Assembly: GCF_006345805.1 (NCBI RefSeq)
Contig: NC_042999.1
Location: 2,170,001 to 2,234,000, forward strand
DNA length: 64,000 bases
Direction of reading: 5' to 3'
DNA from: Octopus sinensis
Lineage: Eukaryota
The notes under the pieces were generated by a model. It ran no database searches and was not told the origin of the DNA. It saw only the letters and a program-made list of their open reading frames with translations. Positions within the stretch are counted from its first letter, which is position 1. Each line of letters begins with the position of its first letter. Shown piece after piece: positions 40,197 to 53,145 of this stretch. The position numbers and the translations under genes are program-made.

Positions 40197-42060
40197 TACA
40201 TATATTTATATACATACACCATATACATATATATATGTATATATATTTATGTGTATGTATATAATATATATATAATATATATGCATTTATATATATTATA
40301 TATATATATATATGTGTGTGTGTGTATATATATGTATGTATATAAATATACAATGTATATATATATATGTATATACATATATATATATACATACATATAT
40401 ATATATATATATCATTATATATGAAAATTGATAGAGATATATAGATAGCTATACGTATATATGCATATGTAGTGTGTGTGTGTGTGTTTGTGTGTGTAAA
40501 ATCTATGATGTTTGTTTTGATTTGTTCTTTCCCAAGCCTTTGCTAAACATATTTTTAAGATATATGATTAATACTCACTGGAGTTAAACACGACAGAATC
40601 CTAAAAATACTATGTTATCAAAACCATAATCAGAAAAACGTAATTTAAGCTTAGTAACATGCAACCATATGCACAAGAAATAAATGGAATTCTCATAAAC
40701 ACACTAACACATACACACACAAACATCTGTACGCACACATCTAAACACATATTTACACATACACTGTGTAGGAACTTCTTATATTCGAACAAGTTCTCTG
40801 CAACAGGTTATGTTGGAAGCTAAAAAATTATTGATGTTGTAAATCATTTAAACACACAAATAACGAAGTCATATTTATTTCTCAGTGTCCATGCAATGTT
40901 TAAACATAAACGCATGCATATGCATACGTGCACAAACATATGACATCATCATAGTCATCATTGTCGTCATCGTCATTACCATCACCAATATAATCCTCAT
41001 CATCACCATCATCAACATCATTATCATCATCACCATTATCCTCATCACCATTATTATCATCATCATCTTCATCACCATCATCTCTGTTACCATCATAATC
41101 ATCTTCATCATCATCCCCACCACCATCATCATGATCATGATCATGATCATCACCAATATAATCATTATCGTCACCATCATCAACATCATCATCATCATCA
41201 CCATTATCATCATCACCATTATTATTATCATCATCATCATCGTCTTCATCATCATCATCATTATCATTGTCACCATCATCATCATCATCATCATCATTTT
41301 CCTCCTCATCATCATCATCGTCGTCATCTTCGTCGTCGTCGTCCTCATCATCGTTATCATCATCATCAACACCATCATCGTTCCTGTCGTCATCATCATC
41401 GTCATCATCATCATCATCATCCTCGTCACCAGTATCATCATATTCATTCAATATCCATTTTCCATGCTGGCATGGGTTGAATGGTATGACATGAGCTGGT
41501 AAACCAGAAAGTTGTACCAACACCTACAGCTGTCACTTTTGGAATGGTTTTTACAGTTGGATGTCTAATGCCATTAAACCTGTGAACCACCTATGTTACT
41601 GCTGTTAATATTATCAATTAAAAATATTTGCCATATATGGTATTAACAATAGTAACATCGTATTTCGAATGTAAACATTCAAATTTCTTTTGCTTATATA
41701 TATATACAGTCAAAACTTGTGAAGCATGAGTGTCACCACTACTACATGAACCTGAAGATTGCAGAATTTAATGCATGAAAGTACTAGTTCAATCAGAATG
41801 AACATTTAACATTCTATTATTTTATTTTATTTTATTTTATTGTATTATCTTATATCATTATAAGATTGTAAAACAAACGTGAAAATCAGACAAGGTTGGA
41901 ATTTCTTTTATTAATATATTCTTCTATACACAATCACACACACCCGTATATATATCTATATATATCTATATATATATAAGCAATTGCAGAATGGAAGGTG
42001 TTTATAAGCCATTTAAAAACACGCAAAAGCCGTTAGATTCACTTCAAGATTTAAATTTAA

Positions 42061-42111
42061 TTTGTCAAAATATTTTCATCGCTTTGAAACTGCGACCTGT
42101 TCACTGACAAA
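42061..42111 (-). ncRNA. Hammerhead motif with G3:C8 swapped core
   Basis: UUUGUCA-GUGAACA-G-GUCGC(9 nt)GCGAU-GAAA-AUAUUU^UGACAAA. Stem I is 7 bp, and AAAUAUUU is a palindrome. Confidence 0.6.
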
Positions 42112-42512
42112 ATTCCATGCTGTATAATAACTATATGATAATATATCATGATAATATATTTTCTCCAATTTGAAGTGACAATTTTTAAATACAAACAGAT
42201 GACCAAAAAATGATGAGCTTACACTAGCCAAAATTGGACCCACAAATCAATGCTAACATGGCTCCTTGCACATCCGATTGGGCCAAACATTCAATCATCA
42301 ATTTCAGCCAAATTTAATGAATATATACTTAAACTGTCTAATTCTACGTATAATATTTGTAAACAAACCAGAAATACATTGTTAGTTACGGTGGGAAAGC
42401 TACTATGGAAAATTCATAGTATTATAATGTGAGTCTTCCATAGTAGCTTTCTCTCCATAACTTACAAAGCCTTTCTGGTTTAATTACGATTAGTATGCGT
42501 ATATATAATACA

Positions 42513-42774
42513 TATATAATTTGGAGAAAAACCTCTATTGAACAATTCAATAAAGAAAGATGTTATTCACACCATATAGAAAACATATACTATAAAACAA
42601 CCTTATTCTAAAAATCAATAAAGTACAATGAATAGTAACTAGTAGTATTTACTATTTATTGTACTTTATTGATTTTTAGAATAAGGTTCTTTTATAGTAT
42701 ATGTTTTCTATATGGTGTGAATAACATCTTTCTTTATTGAATTGTTTAATAGAGGTTTTTCTCCAATTATATAT
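42513..42774. repeat. Palindrome with about 125-bp arms and a spacer of about 10 nt
   Basis: tggagaaaaacctctatt...aatagaggtttttctcca. Confidence 0.9.
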
Positions 42775-42861
42775 ATATATATATTATATATTGTGAAATT
42801 TGATTTAAAATTGTTGAACTGAATTTTTCCCTGTAACTTTTAGAATAATATTCCCTACTAT

Positions 42862-42958
<97 letters not shown>

Positions 42959-43035
42959 CAATATGTGACCTCTTGAGTACCACTGGCGATTTTTTTTCCT
43001 CTGTCTTCCCTTCTCGGGATCTTTCCTTCTCCTAT

Positions 43036-43070
43036 GTTTCCAACGAAGAGCTCTGCTCGAAACGTTAAAC
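43036..43070 (+). ncRNA. Degenerate or variant minimal hammerhead
   Basis: GUUU-CCAACGA-A-GAGC-UCU-GCUC-GAAAC-GUU^AAAC. Confidence 0.5.
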
Positions 43071-43168
43071 CCTCCTTCTTCCCTTCTTTCCTGAGCGTCC
43101 AATAATACTTTATTTGTTCCACGTCCTTGCGTTGTTGTGTTGTTTTGTTTTCTTGTTTGGATTAACTT

Positions 43169-43211
<43 letters not shown>

Positions 43212-44289
43212 TTGTATGTATGCATATACATACACACACGTGTTGTATGTGTATAGTATATGTGAAGGCACACAATCTAGTGGTTAAGATATTAAGATAT
43301 TGCACTCACAATCACTAGATCATGGGTTCGGTTCCCCGATTGGTTGGTGTGCTGCGTTCTTGAGCAAAACCACTCCATTTCACGTTGATCTGCAGATAGG
43401 AAAGTGTGTGTGTGTGTGTGTTTGTGATAAAATCATTCACTAACGGAAGAGTATGATTTTAAAATAAATTATCATTTACATACCTTTTTAAATCTCCCTG
43501 TTACTCCAATGAAATTCGTTGCACACATGCATATACACACACTGAAAAACACACACACACATACAGCATGAGTGATATATTTTTAGAGAGAGTGAGAGAG
43601 AGAGCATGATAAAAAATATACAAAGAGGAGAACGTTTACCATGCGAAAAGCATAAAATGAAGGAGACACAGATAGAGTAAGGGATCTTTTCTGTTGCTGT
43701 CACAGATCTTGCAATTTCAAAATTAAGTGAAAATTTTCAAATTTAGAATACTGGTGAACTTTTTTATGCTGATCTCAGTTTGTGATTCAATTATTCCTAA
43801 AAAATTTTATAAAAATGCTGCAGGTGTTTAAATTTTAATCATTTTTACCCATTCAGCAGTCAGAATTTCTATGTAATAATTGTCATAAAATGAAAGCAAA
43901 CATTAGAAAATAAGGTTTTAAAGAACATGAAAGTAATGTGTGAGAGTTAATAAAAAAGTGAATGAGTATCAAAGAGAAAGATAAATATATTTAAAGAGAT
44001 ACATTATTGGTGAAAGATATAAAGTGAGAACGTTGTAAATCTAAAAGTTATATCTCGTAGCAAATTATATATTTTTTTTTATTTATGGACAAGCTTTACC
44101 TTAGGGCGCAAATTTCGAAAACAAAATTCATTTTTCTGGAGAATGCACCATTTCAGAGTCTTTCTGGCCTAAGCACACATACATAACCACATACATTTGC
44201 ATTTACATATATATATATATAAGAATTTTTGCGTAATAAGATAAAAAAACCCAGGGCTGTATAGATATTAGAGCATTTATAGATAGTAG

Positions 44290-44341
44290 GTCTTACAGCT
44301 ATTTCTAGGATATTTATTAATAATATCCCATCATTGGAGAC
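44290..44341 (-). ncRNA. Degenerate hammerhead
   Basis: GUCU-CCAAUGA-UGGGAUAUU(7 nt)AAUAUCCUA-GAAAU-AGCU-GUA^AGAC. Confidence 0.5.
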
Positions 44342-45367
44342 GGTGTGAGAGGAAAATTAAGTCATAGTTAGTTTCGATGTGATAGAAAATAGAGAGGAGG
44401 TGGAGGAAGGAAAATAGATGTAAGATATGTATGGGTATTGAAGTTGTAAATCCTTTTTATAGGCACAATGGTATATATGCAAAATTCCAATATCCTTTGA
44501 GTAAAATCCAAATATATATATATATATATATATATGTATACTAGAATGAAAAATGGGGATGCAGAATCTTAGAATATTCTTAAATCTTGAACCAAGAAAA
44601 GTACAGAATAAGCAGTTACTAAGCCCGGAAAAGTGTAGTACAAGAAAAAAATGAAAACTTTAACTATTGCTACAAAAGTTAGAATTTAAAATCTAAAATA
44701 GTAATAAACGTCATTTTATATTTTTTTATTTTTTTATTAAAAGTTCAAATTAAAATACTCAAAAATCAATTTGTTTTCAGTTTTAATGAAGAGACTAATT
44801 GTCTGCAGGTTTACACATTAAAAATTTGATATTATAAATTTTAATAATTAAAAAATAATACAATAAAGTTTTAAATAATAGCAATTTCAGCAAAATTGAC
44901 AATTATAAGCCCAAATGTATTCTTTAAAGATGTTAGAAAGTCTTTTCTATATTTTGCACTCAATTTGTTCATTAGCTTTATCTTTGAAGAATATTTTTAC
45001 AATTGTAAGTAGAAAATGCTTTGTTATCTCATAATGCAAACTTTTAAAAAATTCATTCTTTTGTTTCTTAAAAAGAAATTCTCTAGGTTTTACTGTTTTG
45101 AATTACATATATTCTACATAAGTTTAATTTTATAACAATATCTGTGATCTGAAAGCTTTGGATAATGAGTTTTGTTAAGAAAATAAAATTAATATACTAA
45201 AATTAAAACAGACCTATTGTAGCTTAATTGAAAGAAATTTCTAAATCAAAAATATTGACTTGAATTTAAAATTTGCAATAAAAAGCAAAAAAATATTAAA
45301 GCAAAATAGCAGACACACTATTTGATGAACAATTTCTGAAATTAATTTAGCAAATTAGAGGAGGCTC

Positions 45368-45427
45368 TCAGTAATAACAGTGTAACAAAACGGGGTGCAT
45401 CAAGCATCTCGCAGCTATGAGCTGAAA
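45368..45427 (-). CDS. Candidate terminal exon of a - strand gene (FQLIAARCLMHPVLLHCYY*)
   Basis: Strong acceptor ttttttttttgttgcag on the - strand, followed by about 800 nt of AT-rich, microsatellite-free UTR-like DNA. The reading frame is not certain. Confidence 0.33.
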   Translation of the reverse strand, partial: FQLIAARCLMHPVLLHCYY

Positions 45428-45938
45428 CTGCAACAAAAAAAAAAAGGAAAAAAATTCCAGCTTCAAGTTTTAAGGTTTTTTCTTCTTGTCCCCTATTTTT
45501 CCAGACTTGATCATTTCTTGTCCTGTACTTTTCCAGGTTCAATACTTAAGAATATTCTAGGATTCTATGCCTGCATTTTTCATTCTAGTCCACATTTTCC
45601 AGGCAATGCTTCTATTTTTAAATTAATTATATTTACCTTTATAAATGAAAAGATGATATTGTAAATATTTTTTGAATACAGATTTTGCTCAAACTTAGAA
45701 ATTTTGTTTGCACTTAAAAATAAGTGCACCACATCTGTTACAAATAAATATATTTCTAAACAATTTTGATTATAAATAATGTTATATTCTAATTAAATCA
45801 TTAAAAATCAGCTTTTTTCTAATGAATGAAATGCTTTATTTTAATATCTTCTTAATATGTACACCTTTTCATACATAAACAGAATAATAATGATGATGAT
45901 GATGATGATGATAATGAAATCGCAAAAGATCATAACTA

Positions 45939-46397
45939 CGAGGGTGAGTCAATAAGTAATGCCATTTTGTTTAGGACGGATATAATTACCAGCAATGTTC
46001 CACTTTTGAATGAGAGCATGTATCCCTGCCCTATAAAATTCTGTTGACTGTTCTTTGAGTCACTTCTTCACTACAGTTTTCACTTCCTCATCACTGGACT
46101 ATCATCACTTCGACCCCATGAAACAGGGTTTGAGAGGCAAACATTATTCCAGTGATGAAGAAGTGAAGACTGTAGTGAAGAAGTGGCTCAAAGAACAGTC
46201 AACAGAACTTTATGGGGCAGAGATACAAGCTTTCATTCAAAGGTGGAACATTGCTATTGAGAGAAATGGTGACTATGTTGAGAAGTAGGGATATAATCCA
46301 CAGAGGACCAGCTTCATTTTGATGTATGATACATGTTCCTGTGTTTGTAATTATACCTGTCCTAAACAAAATGGCATTACTTTTTGACTCACCATCG
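45939..46397 (+). mobile_element. Non-autonomous fold-back mariner derivative
   Basis: About 50-bp TIRs (TA|CGAGGGTGAGTCAATAAGTAATGCC ... GGCATTACTTTTTGACTCACCATCG) and a transposase C-terminus DYHHF...SDEEVK...RW...GDYVEK*. Confidence 0.88.
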
Positions 46398-46560
46398 AAG
46401 TTTATGCTTAATATTTCTAGATGGGTTTTTCTTCAAAATATTCACCTCGATGGACTCTTTCATTTGAGTTCAAATAATAATATATTTTTTCTTAAAATGG
46501 CTAAACTATCTTGATTTCTAAAGATTATCACCTTTTTATGTCACTTTAAGCAACACAAAC

Positions 46561-46611
46561 TTCCTTGTTGGTAATACTTTTTGTCAAAGATTCTTCACAA
46601 AGTTCTTTCAT
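46561..46611 (-). CDS. Candidate internal exon (MKELCEESLTKSITNKE)
   Basis: Acceptor gatttacttcag, donor GAA|gtttgt, 51 nt, phase 0 to 0, compatible with the 45427 exon. Confidence 0.33.
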
Positions 46612-47695
46612 CTGAAGTAAATCTCAGAAGCAAAATAGCTGTGAAAAACAGCTTATAAGATTGGCTAAATCCCCTTAGAAAATGGGGAAAAGTGACCAGT
46701 AAGCCACAACAGAGTATCGGTCTCATATCTCTCAAACTCCGATAAGCATTTGCTATCATTAAGGTAAGAGACATACATCAGATATCCTCTTCTGTATTGT
46801 TAAAAATCTTTAAATGAATGGAATATTTTGATTTATTTAAAAGGGTCATCGTTTTTTTACCTCATTTAAAGCCACACAACTCTTTTGAAGCAAATATTTT
46901 TTGATGCAGTTTTCACTTTAAGTCTCATCGCACAGACTTCTTTCATTTGAACACAACTATCGTATATTTTTTATTTTACAATGACTGAGATATATATTTC
47001 TTTACTACCCACAAGGGGATAAACACAGAGAGAACAAACAAGGACAGACAAACGGATTAAGTCGATTACATCGACCCCAGTGCGTAACTGGTACTTAATT
47101 TATCGACCCCGAAAAGATGAAAGGCAGAGTCGACCTCAGCGGAATTTGAACTCGGAATGTAAAGTCAGACGAAATACGACTACGCATTTCGCCCGTAGCG
47201 CTAACGTTTCTGCCAGCTCGCTACCAATGACTGAGATATAGTAATAGTAGTAGTAGTAGTCGTAGTAGCAGTAGTAGTAGTAGCAGTAGTAGTAGCAGCA
47301 GCAGCAGTAGGCGGTGCAGTTCAAGATATCCTGTCTAGTTGAAATGCAAAGTGATTACAGCTGGAACACCTTTCAACACAGCCATCTGCTCCATCAGAGC
47401 ATTCACCTGAAGCTACACAACAACAACAACAACGACAGCCACAACAATAACAACAACGACATCAACGTCGACGACAATGACAATGACAGACATACAAATT
47501 CGGCAAAGCTCTCGTCCAAACATTATAGATTTATTGCATAAGTAGAAAAGATAATTAATTTTCGGCGATAATATTTTCATGAAAATGCTTGACAATGCCT
47601 ATTAATACTAATAAGATTCAACGATATTTTCTTTTGACAGAACCAATTAATTCATATACATACAGAGTATTACATGAAATCAAGGTATAAATACA

Positions 47696-47748
<53 letters not shown>

Positions 47749-47819
47749 TATCTATATCTGTGTGTATGTATGGTATATATATATATATATATAACGTAAT
47801 AATATATATATTATATGCA

Positions 47820-49550
47820 ATCCTGATATGGCCGATCTGGGCTGTATCAGTGATGTCAACCCCAACACACTATATCGGACATAACGTTTAGTGCCCCTGA
47901 TGTCTTAGCGGCGATATATAAACGAATAAAACACAATTCAGCAGTAGGCCCCGATAGGTTCCCTGCTTGTGTCCTGAAGGTGTGTGTCGACACCAAATGC
48001 ATCTCCCCTTGCTAATCTGTGGAGAAACTCACTGGATGCTGGCTATATTCCAAAATACCTTCTGTCCCAGTCTGTTGTCCCAGTTTTCAAAAAGGGAAAC
48101 AAGTCCCTTGCAGTGAATTACCGTCCGATCTCACTCACCTCTCATATCATCAAGGTATTTGAGAGGGTGGTGAGATCTCAAATAACCCAATTTCTGGAAA
48201 GCAACAGACGGCTGATCTCCAACCAACATGGGTTCCGTAATGGAAGGGACTGCCTAACGCAGCTCCTGCATCACTTTGAGGACATTTTGAGAGCTTTGGG
48301 AGAGGGCTCCAACACCGATGTCATCTACCTTGATTTCAGTAAGGCCTTCGACAGGGTCGATCACAAGATCCTATTGAAAAAACTATCCAACATTGGTGTC
48401 TCTGGAAAGTTACTGAAATGGATTAAGTGTTTCCTGACAGACAGATCTCAACATGTTGTAGTTGAAGGGGTAAAATCAAGCCCAGCCAAAGTCAGTAGTG
48501 GCGTTCCGCAAGGCACTGTGCTGGGCCCACTTCTTTTCATCATTTACATTAATGACATTAATGACATCATCAAGCACAGCAACATAAAAATCTTTGCTGA
48601 TGACTCCAAGCTACAGAAGGTCATAAATGAGGCGAGTGACCGGACATGCCTTCAGTCAGATCTACTGGCTGTTATCCAATGGGCAGAAAGAAACAATATG
48701 CTGCTGAACGAGGATAAATTTGAGCTAATCCACTTTGGAAAAGAGGATGCCCTGAAACTCCCATACTCCCTTCCTTCAGGTGAAACTCTCGCGGCGTCCA
48801 ACAACATCAGAGACTTGGGAGTAATTGTGGACAACAACGTAAGCTGGGCCACTCATATAAACACCAAAGCTGACATGGCCCGCAGAATGTGTTCCTGGAT
48901 TCTCAGAACTTTCCAGTCGAGAGATATCCACACCATTATCCTTCTCTTCTCCACTTTTGCCCGACCCCACCTTGAATACTGTTGTCCACTGTGGTCTCCC
49001 ACACAATACAAGGTATCATAAAAGTTGAAGCACCTCAAAGGGCAATCACAAAAAAGATAGATGGCATGACAGGCCTCGACTATTGGGGTCGACTAGAAAA
49101 GCTAAAACTCTATTCTCTCCAACGTCGTCGTGAGCGCTACATCATCTGCATGATGTGGAAAATATTCCATCAGCATTGCCCAAATGATGTTGGCATCACC
49201 TTTAAGGTACATCCAAGGCTTGGGCCCCGTGCCATCCGCCCAAAACAAAATCGCACTCTCATCTCATAACAACAATACGGCACAATTATTTCACCTCAAT
49301 TGCCCCGCTCTCTTTAACATTACACCAAAACACAATTAAAACAGAAACTGACCCTATAGGGTTCAAGAAGTCTTTGACAGATTCCTTCAAGAATCCCGGA
49401 TAAACCCCCTACACCCGGATATGTCTCTGTAAACAATAACTCTCTACTTGAGTGGGCCATAGTGCCCAAATTCTGACTTGAAAGACTTCACCAGGTGGTG
49501 CTATTAAGTTAGACATGGCCTGGGCCAATAATGGCCGAAACCTATCAAAG
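47820..49550 (+). mobile_element. 5'-truncated CR1/Jockey-group LINE RT
   Basis: ORF 47984-49021 with NYRPISLT, YLDFSKAFD, SGVPQGTVLGP and FADD. The frame continues at 48982-49269, and the element ends in (TA)n. Confidence 0.93.
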
Positions 49551-49568
49551 TATATAATATATATATAT

Positions 49569-49612
<44 letters not shown>

Positions 49613-49626
49613 ACATCTGTGTGGTG

Positions 49627-49684
<58 letters not shown>

Positions 49685-49757
49685 AACGTAATAATTATAT
49701 ATATATATATATATATATCTATATATATATGTATATATTATATGTATATATATAATA

Positions 49758-49836
<79 letters not shown>

Positions 49837-49856
49837 ATATACATACACACACACAG

Positions 49857-49913
<57 letters not shown>

Positions 49914-50339
49914 ATATATATACATATCTATGTCTATGTATGTGTGTATAATATTTGTGTAAGAGTGTGCAATGTGCAATTGCTGCCAAGCTGAAGTGCT
50001 TAACGACTCATTGTATGGACGGTCATAAGTCTGAATTGTTTTCAATACGTTCAAATAAGTTCCACACTTAGTCCAGGATTGTGATAACAAATATTAATAC
50101 AAAGACAAACACGTTATCACTCCAACAAGATCGATATCTGTAAACGAACACAAACATGCACGTATGCAGATGTACACAAATACACACACACACACACACA
50201 CGCACGCACACACACATACATATATACGTAAATGTTGAGCAAAAGGAAGGAGTTTTCAACACCGAATTGGTGAATAAAGATGTTTTTACTTGTGTATTTA
50301 GGCTACCACTGGTTTCATGTTAAGAAAATATCTTAACAA

Positions 50340-52215
50340 TTTCTCAAGCCGACTACGTGGGGAAATTGGTACTCACATCGAGAAACATGTTTAAATTAGG
50401 TTTGCTTGCAAATGATCGGCAACGGGAAGCAACACTGAAAGAAGCTTCGATATCAGAAACATCAAAGAGTTTAAGAGGTCTTTTCGCTATTATTCTCGAA
50501 AATTGCGAAGTAAGTAATCTTATTGAACTGTGGAATAAGGTCAGAAAGGATCTTGCTGCAGATTTCAAGGACCAAGTTCAGACGAATAACCCTGAGCCAG
50601 ATATTGGTTTCATTGATGCTATATACAATGCAGCTATGATTGAAATAGAAGATCGAATTATTTCGATGGGAGGTGAACCTATAGAAAATTTAGGTCTCCC
50701 ACAAACTAATAAAAGGGATCTTAACAGTCTGCCTACTGAAATAATGAGGGAAATTTCCTATGATATGGAGGAACTGGGCATGTACATAAATGATAATCTT
50801 CCCAAGCTGCTATCTGATCAACATCGTCCATATTCCACTGTCATAGAAAGTATTAACAATAACATAGGGGGACTTATTTCTTAGATGATCTAGGAGGTGC
50901 TGGGAGGACATTTGTTATTAAACTCCTCCTGGCTAAAGTTCGTCAAGAAAATAAAATAGCTTTAGTAACTGCTGCTTCTGGAATTGCAGCAACATTACTG
51001 CCCGGAGGTCAAGCTGCCCATTCAACATTCAAGTTACCTTTAGATTTGTCTAACAAAGAAGATCCAGTTTGTAATATATCTAAAAATTCTGGAATAGATG
51101 AACTAATACAAAGATGTCTGGGACGAATGTACCATGGCCCACAAAATAGCTTTTGAAGCTGCGGACGGATCATTAGGAGCCTTTAAAAATTTTAATTTCA
51201 TAATGGAGAAATGTTACAGTATTATTGTCAGGAGACTTCCGACAAACAATACCAGTTGTCTTGAGATGAAGGAAAGTGGATGAGCTTAATGTTTCCATAA
51301 AGTCTTCTGTATTATGGCACCAGGCGAAAATATTTCACCTTTTGATAATTATGAGATTGAGGCTTTCAAGAGATCAATCAGCTGAACTCTTTGCAGATCT
51401 GCTTTTGAAACTCTGTGAAGAGGGAGTTGCAACTGATGAAGAACAGATTCTTACGCCCATTCTAATATGTAATTCAGCTGATTCCGTCGATGATTTGGTG
51501 AAATCTTTCCAAATCTTCTTCATAATTACAATAATACAGATTGGATCTGTGAGTGAGCTATTCTGGCTCCAAAAAATGTTGCTGTAAATGGCATTAATAT
51601 TATGCTATTGAATAAACTTCTGGGTGAAATATTCACTTATAACTCAATTGACAGGGTGGTTGATAACCAGAGTAGTGTTAACTACCCCATCGATTTTTTT
51701 AACTCACTAGAACCACCAAGTACAGTTCTTCATTGTCTTCAGCTAAAAAAAAGGGACTCCTGTATAGGCAGCGAGCTGGCAGAAACATTAGCACGCCGGG
51801 TGAAATGCGTAGCCGTATGTTGTCTGCCGTTACGTTCTGAGTTCAAATTCCGCCAAGGTCGACTTTGCCTTTCATCTTTTCGGAGTCGATAAATTAAGTA
51901 CCAGTTACGCACTGGGGTCGATATAATCGACTTAATCCCTTTGTCTGTCCTTGTTTGTCACCTCTGTGTTTAGCCCCTTGTGGGTAGTAAAGAAATATAT
52001 TATGCTATTGTGTAATTTGTTTCAACCAAAGTAATGCAATGGTACAAGACTAATGGTGCACAAACCAATGAGGAACTGCCTTGAGGCAATTATTCTCACT
52101 GGTTGTGGTAGAGGAGAGACCGTCTTCATTCCTCACATACCAGTAATACTATTTAATGTCCCATTCCAATTTAAGCTGTTACAGTTTCCTGTCTGAGTTT
52201 CTTTTGCCATGAGCA
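50340..52215 (+). pseudogene. Helitron PIF1-like helicase remnant
   Basis: LGLLANDRQ...LFAIIL, degenerate Walker A (GGAGRT), ASGIAATLLPGGQAAHSTFKLPL, GDFRQ and CNGTRL motifs; stops, frameshifts and a SINE insertion. Confidence 0.9.
51767..51998 (+). mobile_element. SINE family B inserted into the Helitron helicase remnant
   Basis: Full family B copy. Helitron coding sequence resumes after it (IMLLCNL...CNGTRL). Confidence 0.9.
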
Positions 52216-52224
52216 TTACTAAAA

Positions 52225-52620
52225 GTGTCTAATGCCGACTTGTTTAGCAAGTGTAAGATTGGTGGAATCGACAGTTTCCTTATACAATCGCAATTGCACT
52301 GGGCTGGCCATGTCATCAGAATGAGTGATGAAAGAATACTCAAAGTCCTCATGTATAGCCAGCTTGAGAGTGGACACAGGAATGCTGGTCGACCATGGCT
52401 CAGATATTAGGAAAAGCTGAAGATTAACCTCTTAGTGCTGAAGATAGCTCACAAAACCTTTGAGCGGACAGCCTTGGTACGAACAAAATGGAGATCATTG
52501 TGTCAAAACGGTATTAAAAACTTTGTTGCAACTAGGTTTAACAGGCTTCGGGGTGTGAGGCAAAGGAGAAAAGCAGCTGCAAATATACCACCTGTAATCC
52601 TTTCAAAATTTGTGGCCTTC
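52225..52620 (+). mobile_element. RTE (BovB-like) LINE C-terminal fragment
   Basis: QLHWAGHVIRMSDERILKVLMYSQLESGHRNAGRPWLRY. Confidence 0.85.
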
Positions 52621-53145
52621 TTTGCAAATCGTTGGTGGGTTTCTTAAATGTTATATTCGACATAAGCATTATGACTGACAAAGTAAAAGTACATTGTCGG
52701 AGCTTCATATGTTGAAATCGACGGGAGAGTCCATCATACATGTGTGTTTGTGTGTGTGTGTGTCCACAAGCACATACACTATACAGAGTGTGACTGGAGA
52801 AATCAACCAACTGACCTACTGACCAATCAACAAACCAAATAAACAAAGAAACAATGTTTACATCTGTCATTATTGTGTTGAGATTAGCTGGCCATAACCT
52901 AGTTCATATTAATTCAAAAAAACCTCATCTTTAATTATCTTTGAATGAAAGGCTTCGTCTATACATACATTTAACAATAGATTTTTATACACATGTGTAT
53001 ACTGTCACTGTTTTTTTTTTATTTATTTTAGGTTGTCGCTGCAGCGTTTGTGGCAAAAATTCTCAAAAGCATTCAGTCTTAAATTATTCATCAGCTGTTA
53101 CTTTGGAAACTGTTCACACATCTGCTCTTGGCACAAACTTTTGCT

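Noticed and set aside
11655-52215. One giant Helitron linking the Rep and helicase remnants
   Set aside because: They are on opposite strands, 37 kb apart, with host exons between them. Independent insertions are simpler.
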